The notes below the pieces were generated by a model. It was not told the DNA's origin and did not search any database. It saw only the letters and a list, made by a program, of their open reading frames with translations. Below, piece by piece: positions 1-12,123 of a stretch of 64,000 nucleotides of DNA. Source of the stretch: Naegleria gruberi (Eukaryota); assembly GCA_000004985.1 (NCBI GenBank), contig GG738861.1, one strand, 5' to 3'. Position numbers and translations under genes: made by a program. Position 1 is the stretch's first letter, and every line of letters starts with the position of its first letter.

Positions 1-200
1 ATCAAAAATAAATTTACAATTGTATTTTAGAGATCTTGGTTTACAATATTTTTAGGAGCGGAAAGAAATCCAAAGCATATGTCAAAATATTACTTTTTTT
101 ATTTCGAAAGGAGCCCAGCTCAATATTTGGAGACAATTTGTAAAGAAAGGTATCAGCTTATTATTTTGCCAAAGCAACACAATAGGACAGCCTTAAAAAA

Positions 201-3034
201 ATGTCTACAAAGGACGAAAGTGAATCACCACAAATTTCTGAAGAAAATACAGCTTCACCGCAAGCAACAAACTCTACCTATCAGAGAAGAATAGAATCTC
301 TTCATCAGGAGCACAATAACGGCATCAAAAACTACTTAATTACTTTGGATCCTGCCGAATATAAATGTTGGTCAACAGAGGAAATATGTGCATTGTTGGT
401 GTCGAGCAAATGTTTAGTGCTAGAAGATGTGCAACCACTACTTCAAGCCAAATTTAGAGGGGGAAGTATTGATAACATTATAATCGATATAAAACAAAAA
501 GCTGGAAACTTAGAAGCAATATACGAAATAGAGCATAGATCCTTCCCCTCTGTTCCAATAGACACCCTTAAAAGCGTCGTAAATTGGATCAACTTTAATC
601 TGATTCCAAACCTGTATCACAAATGGAGTGTTGCCCAAGTGAAAGAACTTTTGTGTTCAAATGGTGGATTGAGCGAACAAGAGTACTTGCCATTATGTGA
701 GATCTCAGGTCAAGACTTGGTGAAAATAGTTCCATATGTAATTGATTGTCAACATGTATATATTAGGGAAAAGAAAATAGAATTATCCCCAAAAGCTTGC
801 AAGAGAATTATTAGTACCCAATTCCACACTTTCCCAATAGAAAATTTACTATTTCAGTATGACATTGCTGGTCAAGAAAATAGACTCCTAAGACTAAAGA
901 AACTTGGAATTGTGTGCTACGACAAGAAAATGTTGGGTTGTGTTCATGATTTGCTGATACTCTTAGAAAAATTAGAAATTGCAATCCAAGAATATGAAAA
1001 AAGAAAAACAAGTTCAATATCTGTATTTAATGAGCAAATGGACAAGTTGGGTTTGAGCAAGTCAGATTCTTATATTTATTTATACCCTAAACTTGATTTT
1101 GAAGATGAAGATGAAGAAACCTCTTTTTCTTGCGAACACGTTGTGTGCTCATTTGCTCCAACATTTCCTTACAATAAGTATGAGGATAGAGAAACTTATT
1201 TAAAGAGAAGAAATGTATTGACATTTACAGAACCTCCAGGAACAGGAAAAACTCATTCTGCTTTTCACTTAACGAGTTGTGGGAGAATGGTAATTCCTGT
1301 ATCACCAAAGCATATTTCCAGATTATTTCAACAATTATCCTTTTGTGGTGATTCACGTTTTGATTTGGACAGAATCACCCAAAAATTCACAGAGTTTTAT
1401 CACAGATTGGGTTGTTTTTTGATCAAGTATGCTGAATTGTATGTAAGGGAGACTAATCCACTCTCTTCATCTTCCATAATGCAATATATTTTGAGATTCC
1501 TTTGGAGCGGTGGGGGAAACTGGATTGGTGAGCAAGATTTGAGACTTTTTCTTCTATTTTTCCTCAACCTCAGTATAATAGAACTGTTTGGATTTTAGAT
1601 GAGGTTCAATGTATTGATTATGAATGTGGTTTAAAGGTACCCCGTCGTGATGCTGAAAGTGGTGACGGTTCCTTGTTGACCTTACTAGTTTCTTGGCTGA
1701 GATTAAAGGGTGCAGTGGTGCTTACTACAACAAATTTCTCTGCAGTCAAAGGTAAAATTGAAAGATTAATTTCATCAGATACTGGAAAAGAGGTTTTGGA
1801 AAAGTGTTCATACGAATTCAAATTACTTCCACTGCTTAATCCAAAGCAAGTCATTGAGTTTTTGAGGTATTTCATTACGGTAGACTCAAGAAGATTGTGG
1901 GTTTATGTTTCCTTCTTTTTACAAGGCACAATAAGAAATGTTGAATCTTTCTTGCAGAAATTGTATTTTAAAGCAAGTGAAGAAAAAGCTGCAGGTTTAG
2001 GTGATGACTTTATATTGAGTGTTCTTCATTCTTTTTGTAGAGACAAGGTTTCACTTAAATTGAGTAGAAAGGAAGAAATGGGTTCAACATTTCCAAATTT
2101 TGAATACATATTTTACAAACTAGCAATAGCTGGGGAAGTTAATCTGCAAGAGTTAAATCTCACTGAAGAACAATGCGAACTAACCAAATTTTTAATTTGT
2201 AACGGAGTGAGCTTTATCTACATGCAAGAGTCTTATACATACAAGTTATCAAGTTGCCTTGAAAAAGGAAGAATGTTGAATTATGTATTTGACAAGTTTA
2301 CAAAGAAAAATTGGGTTGCAGAAATATTTACAATTTTAGTTAATAACAAGAATTCTACTTCCCAAGACATCTCATTGCTTGCAGAAGTATTTCTTGTAGA
2401 TATACTTATTAATCACTTTGGTTCATTAATTGCTCCACTTGTTAAAGGTTCATATGTCGACTCGTATGAATTACTGGCGAAGCACTATTTTGAAGATCCT
2501 CAATCATCTACCATCGATAAAGATAATGTTAAGATGTCTTCATTGATGATCGAATATCTTGCTGTCCAGACAAAGAGCAAGTATGACACAATCTGTCAAT
2601 TTTTGTCTCGCACAGGACAGTTTGCTGAAATTGACATACTGGGAATATTGTCAACAAAAGATAGCAAAAATTGTTTACCAAGCGCTATTCCACTAACTGT
2701 AGCCATTTCCAGAAGTAACGACAACCAGTCCAAGAAATTGAAAAAAGACTTTGCCAGTTCAATGTACAGAAATAACTCGACCAAAAGGAAGAGTGTAAGA
2801 ATGTTATTTCATCCTAATTGCTCATATTCAAAGAGTTTAAATGACAGAATTACTGAGGGAACGTTTAATAATGAAACAGAGAAGGTAACAATCAAACAGG
2901 TCCTTACAGACTATTCTGTAATTACTGGAGATGATCAGTGTGTTATTGAGATTAGTTCTGGAATTGAAAAACAATGGCCTGAATGGAAACCATTTATGGA
3001 CAGTTGGAGAAAGCTTTTTGTTGAGAATCAATAA
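201..3034 (+). CDS. Multi-domain protein: two N-terminal SAM-like repeats + P-loop NTPase (Walker A PPGTGKT, Walker B WIDEV) + long C-terminal helical region; at least one intron (~1529-1597, GTGAGC...TTTTAG) joining ORFs 201-1598 and 1673-3034
   Basis: ORF track 201..1598 and 1673..3034 in different frames; splicing GT..AG at ~1529/1597 restores frame giving ...GGNWIDEVQCIDYECG (hhhhDE Walker B) ~120 aa after Walker A LTFTEPPGTGKTHSAF; repeated motifs YKCWSTEEICALL...VVNWI and LYHKWSVAQVKELL resemble SAM-domain W-S-x-E-V-x-x-LL helices; paralogous to gene at 55497-57245. Confidence 0.55.
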
Positions 3035-3152
3035 ATATTGACACCTTAATAGTTGAAAGGGTTTATTGTGATAAACAAATCTGATATCTCCAAGTTAGTT
3101 AAAAAAATATAATTCAAATAACTAATAAATTTATTAAACTCGACTATTAAAA

Positions 3153-4592
3153 TTAAGCAATTTCGAGACCTTCAATCTTTTCATCAATAATCTTGGTTTC
3201 AGGAAGAAGAATCTTGTTGGTAGCAATGTCAAATACCATAATGTAACTTCTAATGGCATCATCAGTTTCTTCTGACTTGACAGCAACAATTTCATTTGGT
3301 CTACCAGGAATAAATTTCACACTAGAGAAACCACGAGCTGGTGAAATAATCTCACCAATTTTTGTCACTGTAATATCACTGAAATCTTCAGAGGCAGAAA
3401 TGACATGATTGGAACCTCTTTGTTCATCCTTCTTTTCGTCATAGGTTTCGAAAGAAACTCTTCTTGGAAGGAAGAACCATCTCTTATGGAAGTCGCTCCA
3501 TTCAGCAGCTTCATGAACCATATATCCAGTAGTCTTAATTCCAACAGCTCTGAGCATCTTTTTATAATTTGAAACCCAATTAACATGTTCAACATGACCT
3601 CTATTATCAATAGTCTTAATATACATTGGATCATGATTGAGAATTTTACCTTCACCAGTTGTCCATTCCTTACCAATACTACCAATATATAACTTGTTAT
3701 CCTTAACAGTTGCCCATTCACATTTGAAACCTTTAGCAGTTGTTTCTCCATTACCATCCGGTAAAATGTGACGAGCAATGGCTCTAACTTGAACATTTCC
3801 ATCACTTCCCTTTGAGGTAATCAATTGATAAACAATACCAGTACGATCATCAGCAGAATATAATTTTCCATTGAACATTTTCAATTCAGAAAGTTCCATA
3901 CCACGTGATCCTTCAACTAAAAGACCATTAATTTCCCATGGTTTTTCATTAAATGAAACTGAATAAGCTCCAGTTTGTTCATTTCTCTTCAAAAGCCCTT
4001 TCAATAAGACACTCTTCCATTGGGTTCCCTTCTTATCATCAGTAACTTTACTTGCCTTATCTCTATCGGCAACAAGTAAAATTGGGAATTCAAGTCTTGA
4101 ACTTTGTTGAGAACTAATTGATGATTTTGGCACCTTTCCAAAGAGAGTAGAAGCATCAGAAGAAGATGAAAGTTGGTTAACATTGAGAGTACTATCAGGA
4201 TTCGATGAATAAAAAGCTACAACTGTAATACCAAGAGTAATCAATACCAAGGCAATAAAAACAGGATATAATATACGTTTGTTCTTCAACACAAAAGCAA
4301 AAAGTGAAGAAGTAGAGGACTTAGAGCCAGTATTATTGGCTTGACCATTTTCAAGATCGGACGATAACATTTCTGTGAGTGATTCTTCTGAAGAAAAGTT
4401 TGAATTGGTTTGATAAATAATAGGGGATTGGATAATAGAGGAAGATGTTGCAATGTTGAGAGGAGATGTGATGGTGGTGGTTGTATTGGTTGGAATATTA
4501 ATTGATAAATTGGCAAGTGGATGAGAATGGTTATTGTGTTCCTCTGATAAAAGATTGGTCAATGATTGAGTGGAGAATGTTCTCTTATGCAT
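3153..4592 (-). CDS. CANT1: Calcium-activated nucleotidase 1 (CANT1 / Cimex-type apyrase), type II membrane anchor
   Basis: Single 479-aa ORF; N-terminal S/T-rich cytoplasmic tail then hydrophobic segment ILYPVFIALVLITLGITVVAF, then apyrase-family conserved blocks (LLKGLLKRNEQTGAYSV, GSRGMELSELKMFNGKLY, EWATVKDNKLYIGSIGKEWT, DPMYIKTID, HEAAEWSDFHKRWFFLPRR). Confidence 0.8.
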   Translation of the reverse strand: MHKRTFSTQSLTNLLSEEHNNHSHPLANLSINIPTNTTTTITSPLNIATSSSIIQSPIIYQTNSNFSSEESLTEMLSSDLENGQANNTGSKSSTSSLFAFVLKNKRILYPVFIALVLITLGITVVAFYSSNPDSTLNVNQLSSSSDASTLFGKVPKSSISSQQSSRLEFPILLVADRDKASKVTDDKKGTQWKSVLLKGLLKRNEQTGAYSVSFNEKPWEINGLLVEGSRGMELSELKMFNGKLYSADDRTGIVYQLITSKGSDGNVQVRAIARHILPDGNGETTAKGFKCEWATVKDNKLYIGSIGKEWTTGEGKILNHDPMYIKTIDNRGHVEHVNWVSNYKKMLRAVGIKTTGYMVHEAAEWSDFHKRWFFLPRRVSFETYDEKKDEQRGSNHVISASEDFSDITVTKIGEIISPARGFSSVKFIPGRPNEIVAVKSEETDDAIRSYIMVFDIATNKILLPETKIIDEKIEGLEIA

Positions 4593-5124
4593 ACGTTATA
4601 TATATACTATTTTGAGAGTGCACACAATTATATAATAATAATGGGAATCTTATTCTGTAAATTATTCCAATTATTATTATTAAATAGTTGTACAATCAGT
4701 GTTGTTGTGATGATTGTTGGTTATATATTATTACAATACAGATAAATATTGGGTCCAACTGTGTTGATGATGATGATAATTGTGTATTGATCCTCTCTTC
4801 CGAAATAAAGTTTTTATATTAATATCAACAACCACACTTTGATTTTAAACTGTTCAGGCTATGTGCAGTTGAAGTGTGTGGAGAGAATTTTTTCGTCACA
4901 ACTTTTAATTCGTGTCACCCAACGAATACCAACAACCATTTTCAACCTTGATTGCTTAGTTAAATTGACAATCAAAAGAGAAAACAAAATCTAGATATTA
5001 AAAAATCTGATGTTCTATAGTGTAATAATTCAAATCAGTTCATTTGCATTTAATAATATTTAATTGATTAATATTCAAAGTGAAACTATTCAATTTTTGA
5101 GAGAATATAAGATTACAGTAATAT

Positions 5125-6400
5125 TTATTCTAATTTGAGGAAAGGATTGGAGGTATTGACAGTAATTAAGACATAAGGAGCCCATTCCATACCATAAGTA
5201 CTCAACATCATGGCAGCAGAACCCAAAGATGAAGTATCAATGTCTTGAGAATATGATTGATCTTCCAAATGTCCATAGTTGTCACGGAAGTATTTGTGAA
5301 CCTTCTTTTCATTCTTCTTAATCTTCAACAAGGTTACTGTATAATTTGGTGGTAAACCATAACGTAAAATTGATTCAACATAAACACGAATAACCTTCAA
5401 GTGAATCCAAGCAGTAAAACATTCAGAGAAAGCCATGTTACACCAATCAATCAATTCATGCTTTGTTCTATCGAGTTTTTCAATCATTTCTTCCTTTTGC
5501 AATTTAGACAATTCAGCCTTTTCCTTATCATAACTAAATTCTCTAACGACATACTTCTTCTTTAAACAATTACTCTTAAAATCATCTGCAATCTTCTTCA
5601 AAACAACAACATTGTACAAAGCAGAGTCATTGTCTTCATAAATAAGTTCAGCAGAATCTGGAACAACAAAATCGGTCAATTCAGTGTAAGTAGTTTCCCA
5701 ATCCTTTTGCAAAGATTTTGGAATAACAACAAAGATTGTTTGCAAATATTCAGTATCTAAAACATGATCCTTTTGAATGATACCATCAAGACTACGAACA
5801 GTAAGGTTACCAGATATCTTTCTTTCAAGTTGTTGAACGTTTTGCTTCAAGTTGGTATATTCAGAAATCTTGAAACGAAGTTCTTCGTCAAGTTTGGCAG
5901 TCTTTTTGTGAATGTTATCGGCAATATCTCTAATTGGCTTGGTAACAAGGTATTGAGAGTCATCCCATTGGAAAAAGTCAAGATAGGTTTGGACTGGGAC
6001 AAAAGTATCTTCCTTCAAGATAATTTGTGGAACAAAATCACTAGTTTCAGTGAGTTCACCTAAAATTGTGTCAATTTAAACTAGAAATTAATAAATACGT
6101 ACTAGTATCAGCCAAAGTCTTTAAGGCTTTCATGGTAACTTGTTCACAGCTGCTGTCATACTTGTTGAAATCATCACTGAGTTGCAACAATTGATCAACT
6201 GTTCCGACCTTCAATCTTGGGAGTTTAATTTCAACGCATTCACAAGCGTTTTGTTGATGCTGCAGACTATTCTTGATTCTTCTAAAGGTTCCAGAAGCAT
6301 CTTCGGAAGGTTCATTAGGAACAGAAACAAGCCAATATACCTATTATCCACACATCATCATCCGAACAATTCAGTCCACAAAAATTTGTATAAATTCATC
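5125..6400 (-). CDS. VMA5: V-type H+-ATPase subunit C (V1 C); multi-exon (large 3' exon 5125-~6062; intron ~6063-6105 GTACGT..TTTTAG; upstream exon ~6106-6345 encoding YWLVSVPNEPSEDASGTFRRIKNSLQ...TMKALKTLADTS; start codon/first mini-exon unresolved)
   Basis: Translation matches conserved V1C blocks: FFQWDDSQY (RFQWDMAKYP), NLKQNVQQLERKISGNLTVRSL (NLKGNLQNLERKNAGSL), FSECFTAWIHLKVIRVYVESILRYGLP ([27 protein letters not shown]); N-terminal exon found by reading minus strand of 6106-6345 (FWLISAPG-like YWLVSVPN). Confidence 0.85.
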
Positions 6401-6774
6401 ATTATAAAATCATAATCATTAAAGGTGTTGTTGTTCAATATAAAAATATCAAGAGAGAATATGTAAATATTTCTGTGCTATTTTCAAGCTGAAAACTCAC
6501 CATCTTTGCTGCTACAAAAAAAACGGTGGGAAAGCTGTGGATATTTTTTTAAAATAAAATATTATTAATATTTTAATATTTTTATCATCTCCGGAGTTTA
6601 AAAACGGAAGACAGGCCAAAATAATTTTCTACTTTTTTCACTCCACTCCTGTCAATAAATATATTTAATAATAAATGTAATTTTCTTTGTAAAGCCAATA
6701 ATATCTATCTGACAATTTGTTCAGAGAATAATTTATGAAATTAATGTTAAAAAATCAATAAGTTTAGAATAAGG

Positions 6775-7962
6775 TTATTTATTCTTCTTTTCTTCAAAGG
6801 TTTCTTCCAAAGAGGAGGATTCTGTATTATTATTGAAATCATCGTCATCATCCTTTTCCCTATGGAAATATAAACGCTTATTTCGATTACTTGAATTGGA
6901 AGTCTTTTTAGTTGGGGTTGAATTCTTACTGCTAGTTTTTGTCATTCCATATCCACTTTCTGAGGCAATACCCTCGAGAACACTGATTGTAAGATTGAGA
7001 TCATTCTCTTGTTTTTCCAAACTTTCTTGAATTTCAATATCTTCCTCCAAATGTTCAGGTCTTTGTAAATGAGGTGGTAAAATCATTATTGAGGAGGGAA
7101 AATATTCCCTTCTCTTTTCATCAATACATTCATCCATAATTTGTACATCAGTATCGTCCACACTTGATAATTCATTTTCTCCCATTGAAGAATAAAAGGA
7201 GAGAGTTTTCATTGAGGATTCATTATTTTCATGATCCTCTTCGAGATGTTCTTGTTGTGTCGAGTTAAAATCGTTGGGTGTTGATTTTTGATAATCCTCC
7301 ATAATGGATGGTGGAATGGTGCTGCTGTTGGTGGTATTGTTGGAATCTTGATCCTCGTAGGCCTCTGGATTTTCACCTTCTGATGATTGTTGATCCTCTG
7401 CACCATTACTCATTTTCATTGCTGTTGGTGAGATAGTATCCAAATGGTATTGTGAAAATTCATGTTGTTGATAGTGTTGATTTGACAATTTGATCAATTT
7501 CAATGTATTCGGATTGAATTGAATATGAAATAAATATAAAGACATATTCAGACCATAGATATAATCACTGGCAAAATGTCTCTTTTGCTGAGTGAAAAAG
7601 TGCATAATCAGAAACAAGACAATCAAGAAAAAGGCAACTGCCGATATCAAATTACTCTCATATTGTTCCTGCTCAAGTTTAGCCTTTTCCAAATCTTTTG
7701 CTGTTGTACCACTCGGTTGAAATCTAACACAATTTTCGTGCCTTGTCGGAGATGATTTTGGCTTGGCTTGTTGCTGCTGATGATGACTTGAAGGATACTC
7801 GAATAGGCTATTGTTGTCATTATTGACTGAATTATTATTTGGTATTATTACATTGGTGCTATTGGTATTGGTGCTGTTATTGTGGATGAGAGAAGTGGGA
7901 CTCTCCACAATCTTGTATTTGTAATAATAAAAAGTGAAAAATCCTAGAATGAACAGTATCAA
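6775..7962 (-). CDS. Hypothetical low-complexity (N/S/E-rich) membrane protein with two predicted TM helices
   Basis: 395-aa ORF; hydrophobic N-terminus MILFILGFFTFYYY and internal LISAVAFFLIVLFLIMHFF; remainder acidic/Ser-rich with no recognisable domain. Confidence 0.35.
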   Translation of the reverse strand: MILFILGFFTFYYYKYKIVESPTSLIHNNSTNTNSTNVIIPNNNSVNNDNNSLFEYPSSHHQQQQAKPKSSPTRHENCVRFQPSGTTAKDLEKAKLEQEQYESNLISAVAFFLIVLFLIMHFFTQQKRHFASDYIYGLNMSLYLFHIQFNPNTLKLIKLSNQHYQQHEFSQYHLDTISPTAMKMSNGAEDQQSSEGENPEAYEDQDSNNTTNSSTIPPSIMEDYQKSTPNDFNSTQQEHLEEDHENNESSMKTLSFYSSMGENELSSVDDTDVQIMDECIDEKRREYFPSSIMILPPHLQRPEHLEEDIEIQESLEKQENDLNLTISVLEGIASESGYGMTKTSSKNSTPTKKTSNSSNRNKRLYFHREKDDDDDFNNNTESSSLEETFEEKKNK

Positions 7963-8351
7963 TATGGAATGATGTATAACTGTATATTAATTTCCGATGA
8001 TCGTTATTGATAATTATTATGATGATTAATATGAATACAATATATATTTAATACACTACATATCCACAGTCGTTGTACTCGCAATTTATCGGAATATCGT
8101 TGTGAGATGTGTCTTTCAAAGGTTCGTAAATCTAATTTGAAGATAATACTCTTGTTAATTTTCTAATATATTCCTATTTACCTCTTTTCCGCTCTTTTGA
8201 TAATTGTATTGTCATTGGTTGAGTGATTGAGTCTTGTTCAAATATTTTTTTTGTTTGTTAATTTGTGTGCTCCTCATAAGCAGCTTTGGGGTTTTTGAGT
8301 TGTCAAACAAAAGGAAAATTAAATGTTTTTAAGGTTTTATTATTATCAAAA

Positions 8352-10457
8352 TTATTCGACAGCAACATGGGTTGCCTTTCTATTCTTTGAGAGGATGGCA
8401 TAGGCTTCATCGAGAGTAAGTCCCTTTTCCTCCATACATTTGAGTAATTCATCTTTTGGTACATTGACCTTCTTCTTGACAAAGAATGTCAAAATGAAAC
8501 TGAGAATACCAGTACCACCAATAATATAAAAGACAAAACGATGGTCAATTGGGAAGCCAATTCCACTTGAAACAATTGAGGCAAATGTAATACCAATGAA
8601 AAGTGGACCAATCATTCTTGCAATTGATACCAAGGATTGAGCAGTACCATTCAAAACACCTTGAGCACTGTTGGTAACAGAATTTGAGGTGAAAGTGAAT
8701 GAGCAAGAGAACATGAGACCAATACCAATTTGTCTAACCAAGAGAGTAATACTCATAAAGCTCCATAATACAATAGTTTTCCATAATTGATAATCTTCTG
8801 GATCATTTCCAAACCAGCAAACTTCTGGGAATGCAATAAGGGCAGCAGTGTGAATGACTAAACCAACACGGAAAGCGTTCAATGAACCCAATCTTGACAT
8901 GAGCAATGGAACGAATACCAATTGATTAAGGAAAATAAATCCACCAGTAATGGCACCAACAACTTTTTGAGAATTAATATTACTAAAATAATTAAGAATA
9001 CTTACTACCAACTATTAGTATTTGGGATATTATTCAACATGTTAAAAAAATGTTTAGAAATAGCTCAGTTTTAAAAAAATCAAAATAGATCCACTTACTT
9101 TCATAAGGTGTAAAATTCAAGCCATTGTCAGAGATTGGTAACATGGCATAGAGAGGGAAAACTTCATCAAACATGACTTGCATGAAACCAACAGACATGT
9201 ACAAGACACATGTCAAAAGAGGATCAAAACCATGGAAAATTTCATGTTTGAAGAATGATTTGAGTTTTCCCTTTGTAGTTACAGGTTCTTCATCAAGACC
9301 TGCCTTTGAAGCAAGTGATTTCTTAGATTCCTTTTCAATTTCTGCAATTTCAGAAGCAGGTTTTTTAGATAAAACATATTTTCTATAATATGAACTGTTG
9401 ACATTGGTTTCCTCCAAGAAAAAGTATCCCAAAACAACAGCAAGCAATCCCAAAACAGTGACAAGGATATTTGGAATCAAGTAAGGGAAAACTTCACACC
9501 AATCATAAATCCACTCAGGGAACAATTTCATAAATTCAGGATATTGAATGTTAGGTCTAGAGAAGACACCACCAACTACAAATTGTTCTAATCGGGCTGA
9601 AAGATAATTGAAAAAAACTTACTGAGCGGACCTACTACAGCAGCCAAACCAAAAGTAACACCTACTACACTGAAAGCTCTTCCTCTATTCGAACCATCTG
9701 TAATTTCAGTCAGATAACTCTTTGTTACACCAAGATTACCATTCAACAAACCAAATAAGAAACGTGAAAGAATAGCCCACCACAACCATTTAGAAAATCC
9801 GAATAGACCACATGATAATGAACCCAAAGTAACACCAATAAGCAAAATTGGTCTTCTTCCTATTTAATATTTTCCACAAGAATAATTTAATGAATTATTT
9901 TGATTTGAATCTCTAATAATTAGAGAGCTGACAACTTACCAATTTTATCACTCAAATATCCCCAAAAGAAACTAGAGAACAATTGAGAAAGATAATAGGA
10001 TGAAGCAATAATACCAGCAAAATAACCCAATTGTTGTGTATCCTCTATAAATAATTATTCAATAGAAATTACATAATAATTGCAATATTCACCAAGTTGA
10101 ATAAAGATGAAGAATGGTATTATTATTATCAAGATGACAAAGACCAAGTAAAAACATACCAACAATATGAAAGTCGGCAACCATAAATCCGATGTATGCA
10201 AAAATTGAAGTAATACTCAAACTATCTACTAGATAAATAAAGAAAACAATAGAAATTTGTTTCCAAGGTAATGGTGTTTCTTGTTTTGGTGCATTTGTTG
10301 CAGCACCATTGGCATCATCACTTGGTGTTAATTGCAAATTCTTTTTCTTTGCATTAATTTCCTCCAACTCGATATCGTGCATTTCATCCGAAGGGCTGGG
10401 CTGATGAGCAGAATGTTGTGTATTTGTATCTTCTTCATCTTCTAATCGTAGAGACAT
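8352..10457 (-). CDS. Major facilitator superfamily transporter (HIAT1/MFSD14- or ZIF-like), ~5 exons (10089-10457, ~9880-10055, 9588-9845, 9034-9531, 8352-9011)
   Basis: Consecutive minus-strand ORFs encode hydrophobic TM-rich segments; MFS signature loop G-R-R-P-I-L-L-I-G (read across 9845/9588 exon), FGLLNGNLGVTKSYLTEITD, long central cytoplasmic loop, C-terminal six-TM half (8352-9011). Confidence 0.7.
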
Positions 10458-11356
10458 TTTTTGTTATTATTATTATTTGGGTTATGATTGTTGGTGAAGG
10501 TTGGTGAATAAAAGAAGGAATTGAGTGACTCTGCCTTTTTCTTATCGAAGAAATATTTGATGATGGTCGGGAGAATGGTTTTTTTGCAATTCGGTTTTGT
10601 TATTCCTCCCACGAACAGCATTCCTCCTTCAAATAGATACCTGCCTCAAATCACACACATTGACATGTGAGGAATTGGCAAGAGAGCAATACCTTCCCTT
10701 TTGAATAACATCGTGGCCATAGCATGAGATTCGGCAATGTATGATTAAGCAACGCATTTGCATGACAACCATTCAATCAGTCATTTGTTTTATGAAAGAA
10801 GTGAAATCTTGTTAAGGTTAAAGAGATAATGTTATTTTCTTTACTACTATTAAAACTCTCAATCATAACATTCTCATCAAATCTGAGAGACGGATTGGAT
10901 TGGAGTGAAGACATTTTTCTTTTTGCTTTCTCAATCTTTAGGAGTTCTTATGATGGAGTGGTGGAGTAATTGGAGGAGTTTCCATGAGTTCAGTCAATGA
11001 AATACAGGTTTGATGGAATAGTGTGTTGCTATTCACATTCTAGGATTGTAAAAGCTTCTTTTTATTGAACTTGTACAGTAAGAATGAGAAGTATTCAACC
11101 TCCTTGGAATTGGGGAGTGAGATGAATGCTTTCACCATTCTTTAAGCCAGTGTCGATTATTGAGGAATCGTCTGGGAGAATCTTTCCATTCGAGACTAAT
11201 CACACTGTTAGGTCATAGTTATATCATAACCGTGTTCAAATGAGTGGAAACTATTGTGTAAATCGGAATAATTCCATTATACACTCACTCGGGTGAAATT
11301 ATGTTAACTCGCGCTTGATTCATAACTGGTCCTTAAATGAGAAAAATTAATTTTAT

Positions 11357-12105
11357 TCAACAATAACTGTGGCCACTACAAAATTCAGAAATTGATTGAG
11401 AATCAACCATTTGCTCCATTAAGGTGATACCACACAGTGATTTTGTTGAAAGTCTGCAAGCGAGCCCAACAGAGTGAAGCCCATCATTGAATGGAGAGCA
11501 AATATCCTTCATCGAGTCCGAGCACCTCATTGTTGAATCGACAGTCCTCAATGCTTTCAAATATTGAACTGCTCCTTTGCAAACGGCACAGGCTGTTGTT
11601 GAAGATTTCACATCAAAATCCGAATAGTTATTGATACAGGTAGTTTTTGCTGTATCCGTAGTTTCTAGTCTACAATTACATCTCAGTTTGTGATCCAAAT
11701 ACATGGAAAATTGAGCAATACCTTTGGCAAATTGATATTTTGCCTCCGTCAGGTTTGTCTTGATTGTAATAGCTGTTACTTGTGGAACGATATTATATTG
11801 AATGACCGAGTCTTGAAAATCTGATAACATTGCAGAGAGCTATTATAAATTGTTGATGATCAGAAATTAATACATTATGTTTTGTTGTAGTTATTATTAA
11901 CATAGTTTAACGATTTGTGATGAAAATTATTTAAAAGGTTATTTCATGTTCCCGTCATTACATGATTAAGGACGTGATATATGACCAAAACCTACCTCAC
12001 TTATTGACTGTCCATTAACTTTTCCTCCCTTAAAAGAACTCAATAATCCAATCATAACAAAAAATATCATCACCAATACCACCATAACCTCATTCCTCAA
12101 CATTG
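11357..12105 (-). CDS. Secreted cysteine-rich protein, saposin-like cysteine spacing; 2 exons (signal-peptide exon ~12000-12105, main exon 11357-11830)
   Basis: Exon 1 encodes MLRNEVMVVLVMIFFVMIGLLSSFKGGKVNGQ (signal peptide) followed by GT donor; exon 2 ORF has ~12 Cys in paired pattern (CNC, CAVCKGAVQYLKAL, CSDSMKDIC, CRLSTKSLCGI, C...C). Confidence 0.4.
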
Positions 12106-12123
12106 AATTTTTCCTTCTTATTG

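Noticed and set aside
3365-3805. Minus-strand 146-aa ORF in an alternative frame
   Set aside because: It is nested within the CANT1 coding frame. The CANT1 frame carries the conserved apyrase blocks and this one does not.
6140-6415. Plus-strand ORF of 91 aa
   Set aside because: It lies on the opposite strand of the 5' exons of V-ATPase subunit C. The minus-strand reading gives the conserved YWLVSVPN...KLPRLKVGTVD N-terminus.
10550-10640. Candidate C/D-box snoRNA (TGATGA at about 10556)
   Set aside because: No convincing downstream CTGA D box or terminal stem was found on either strand.
12103-12123. TTG-initiated start of ORF 12103-13074 and of ORF 1673-3034
   Set aside because: The ORF track allows alternative starts. 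In a eukaryotic nuclear gene the first ATG (12124) or a spliced continuation (1598 onward) is the more plausible explanation.
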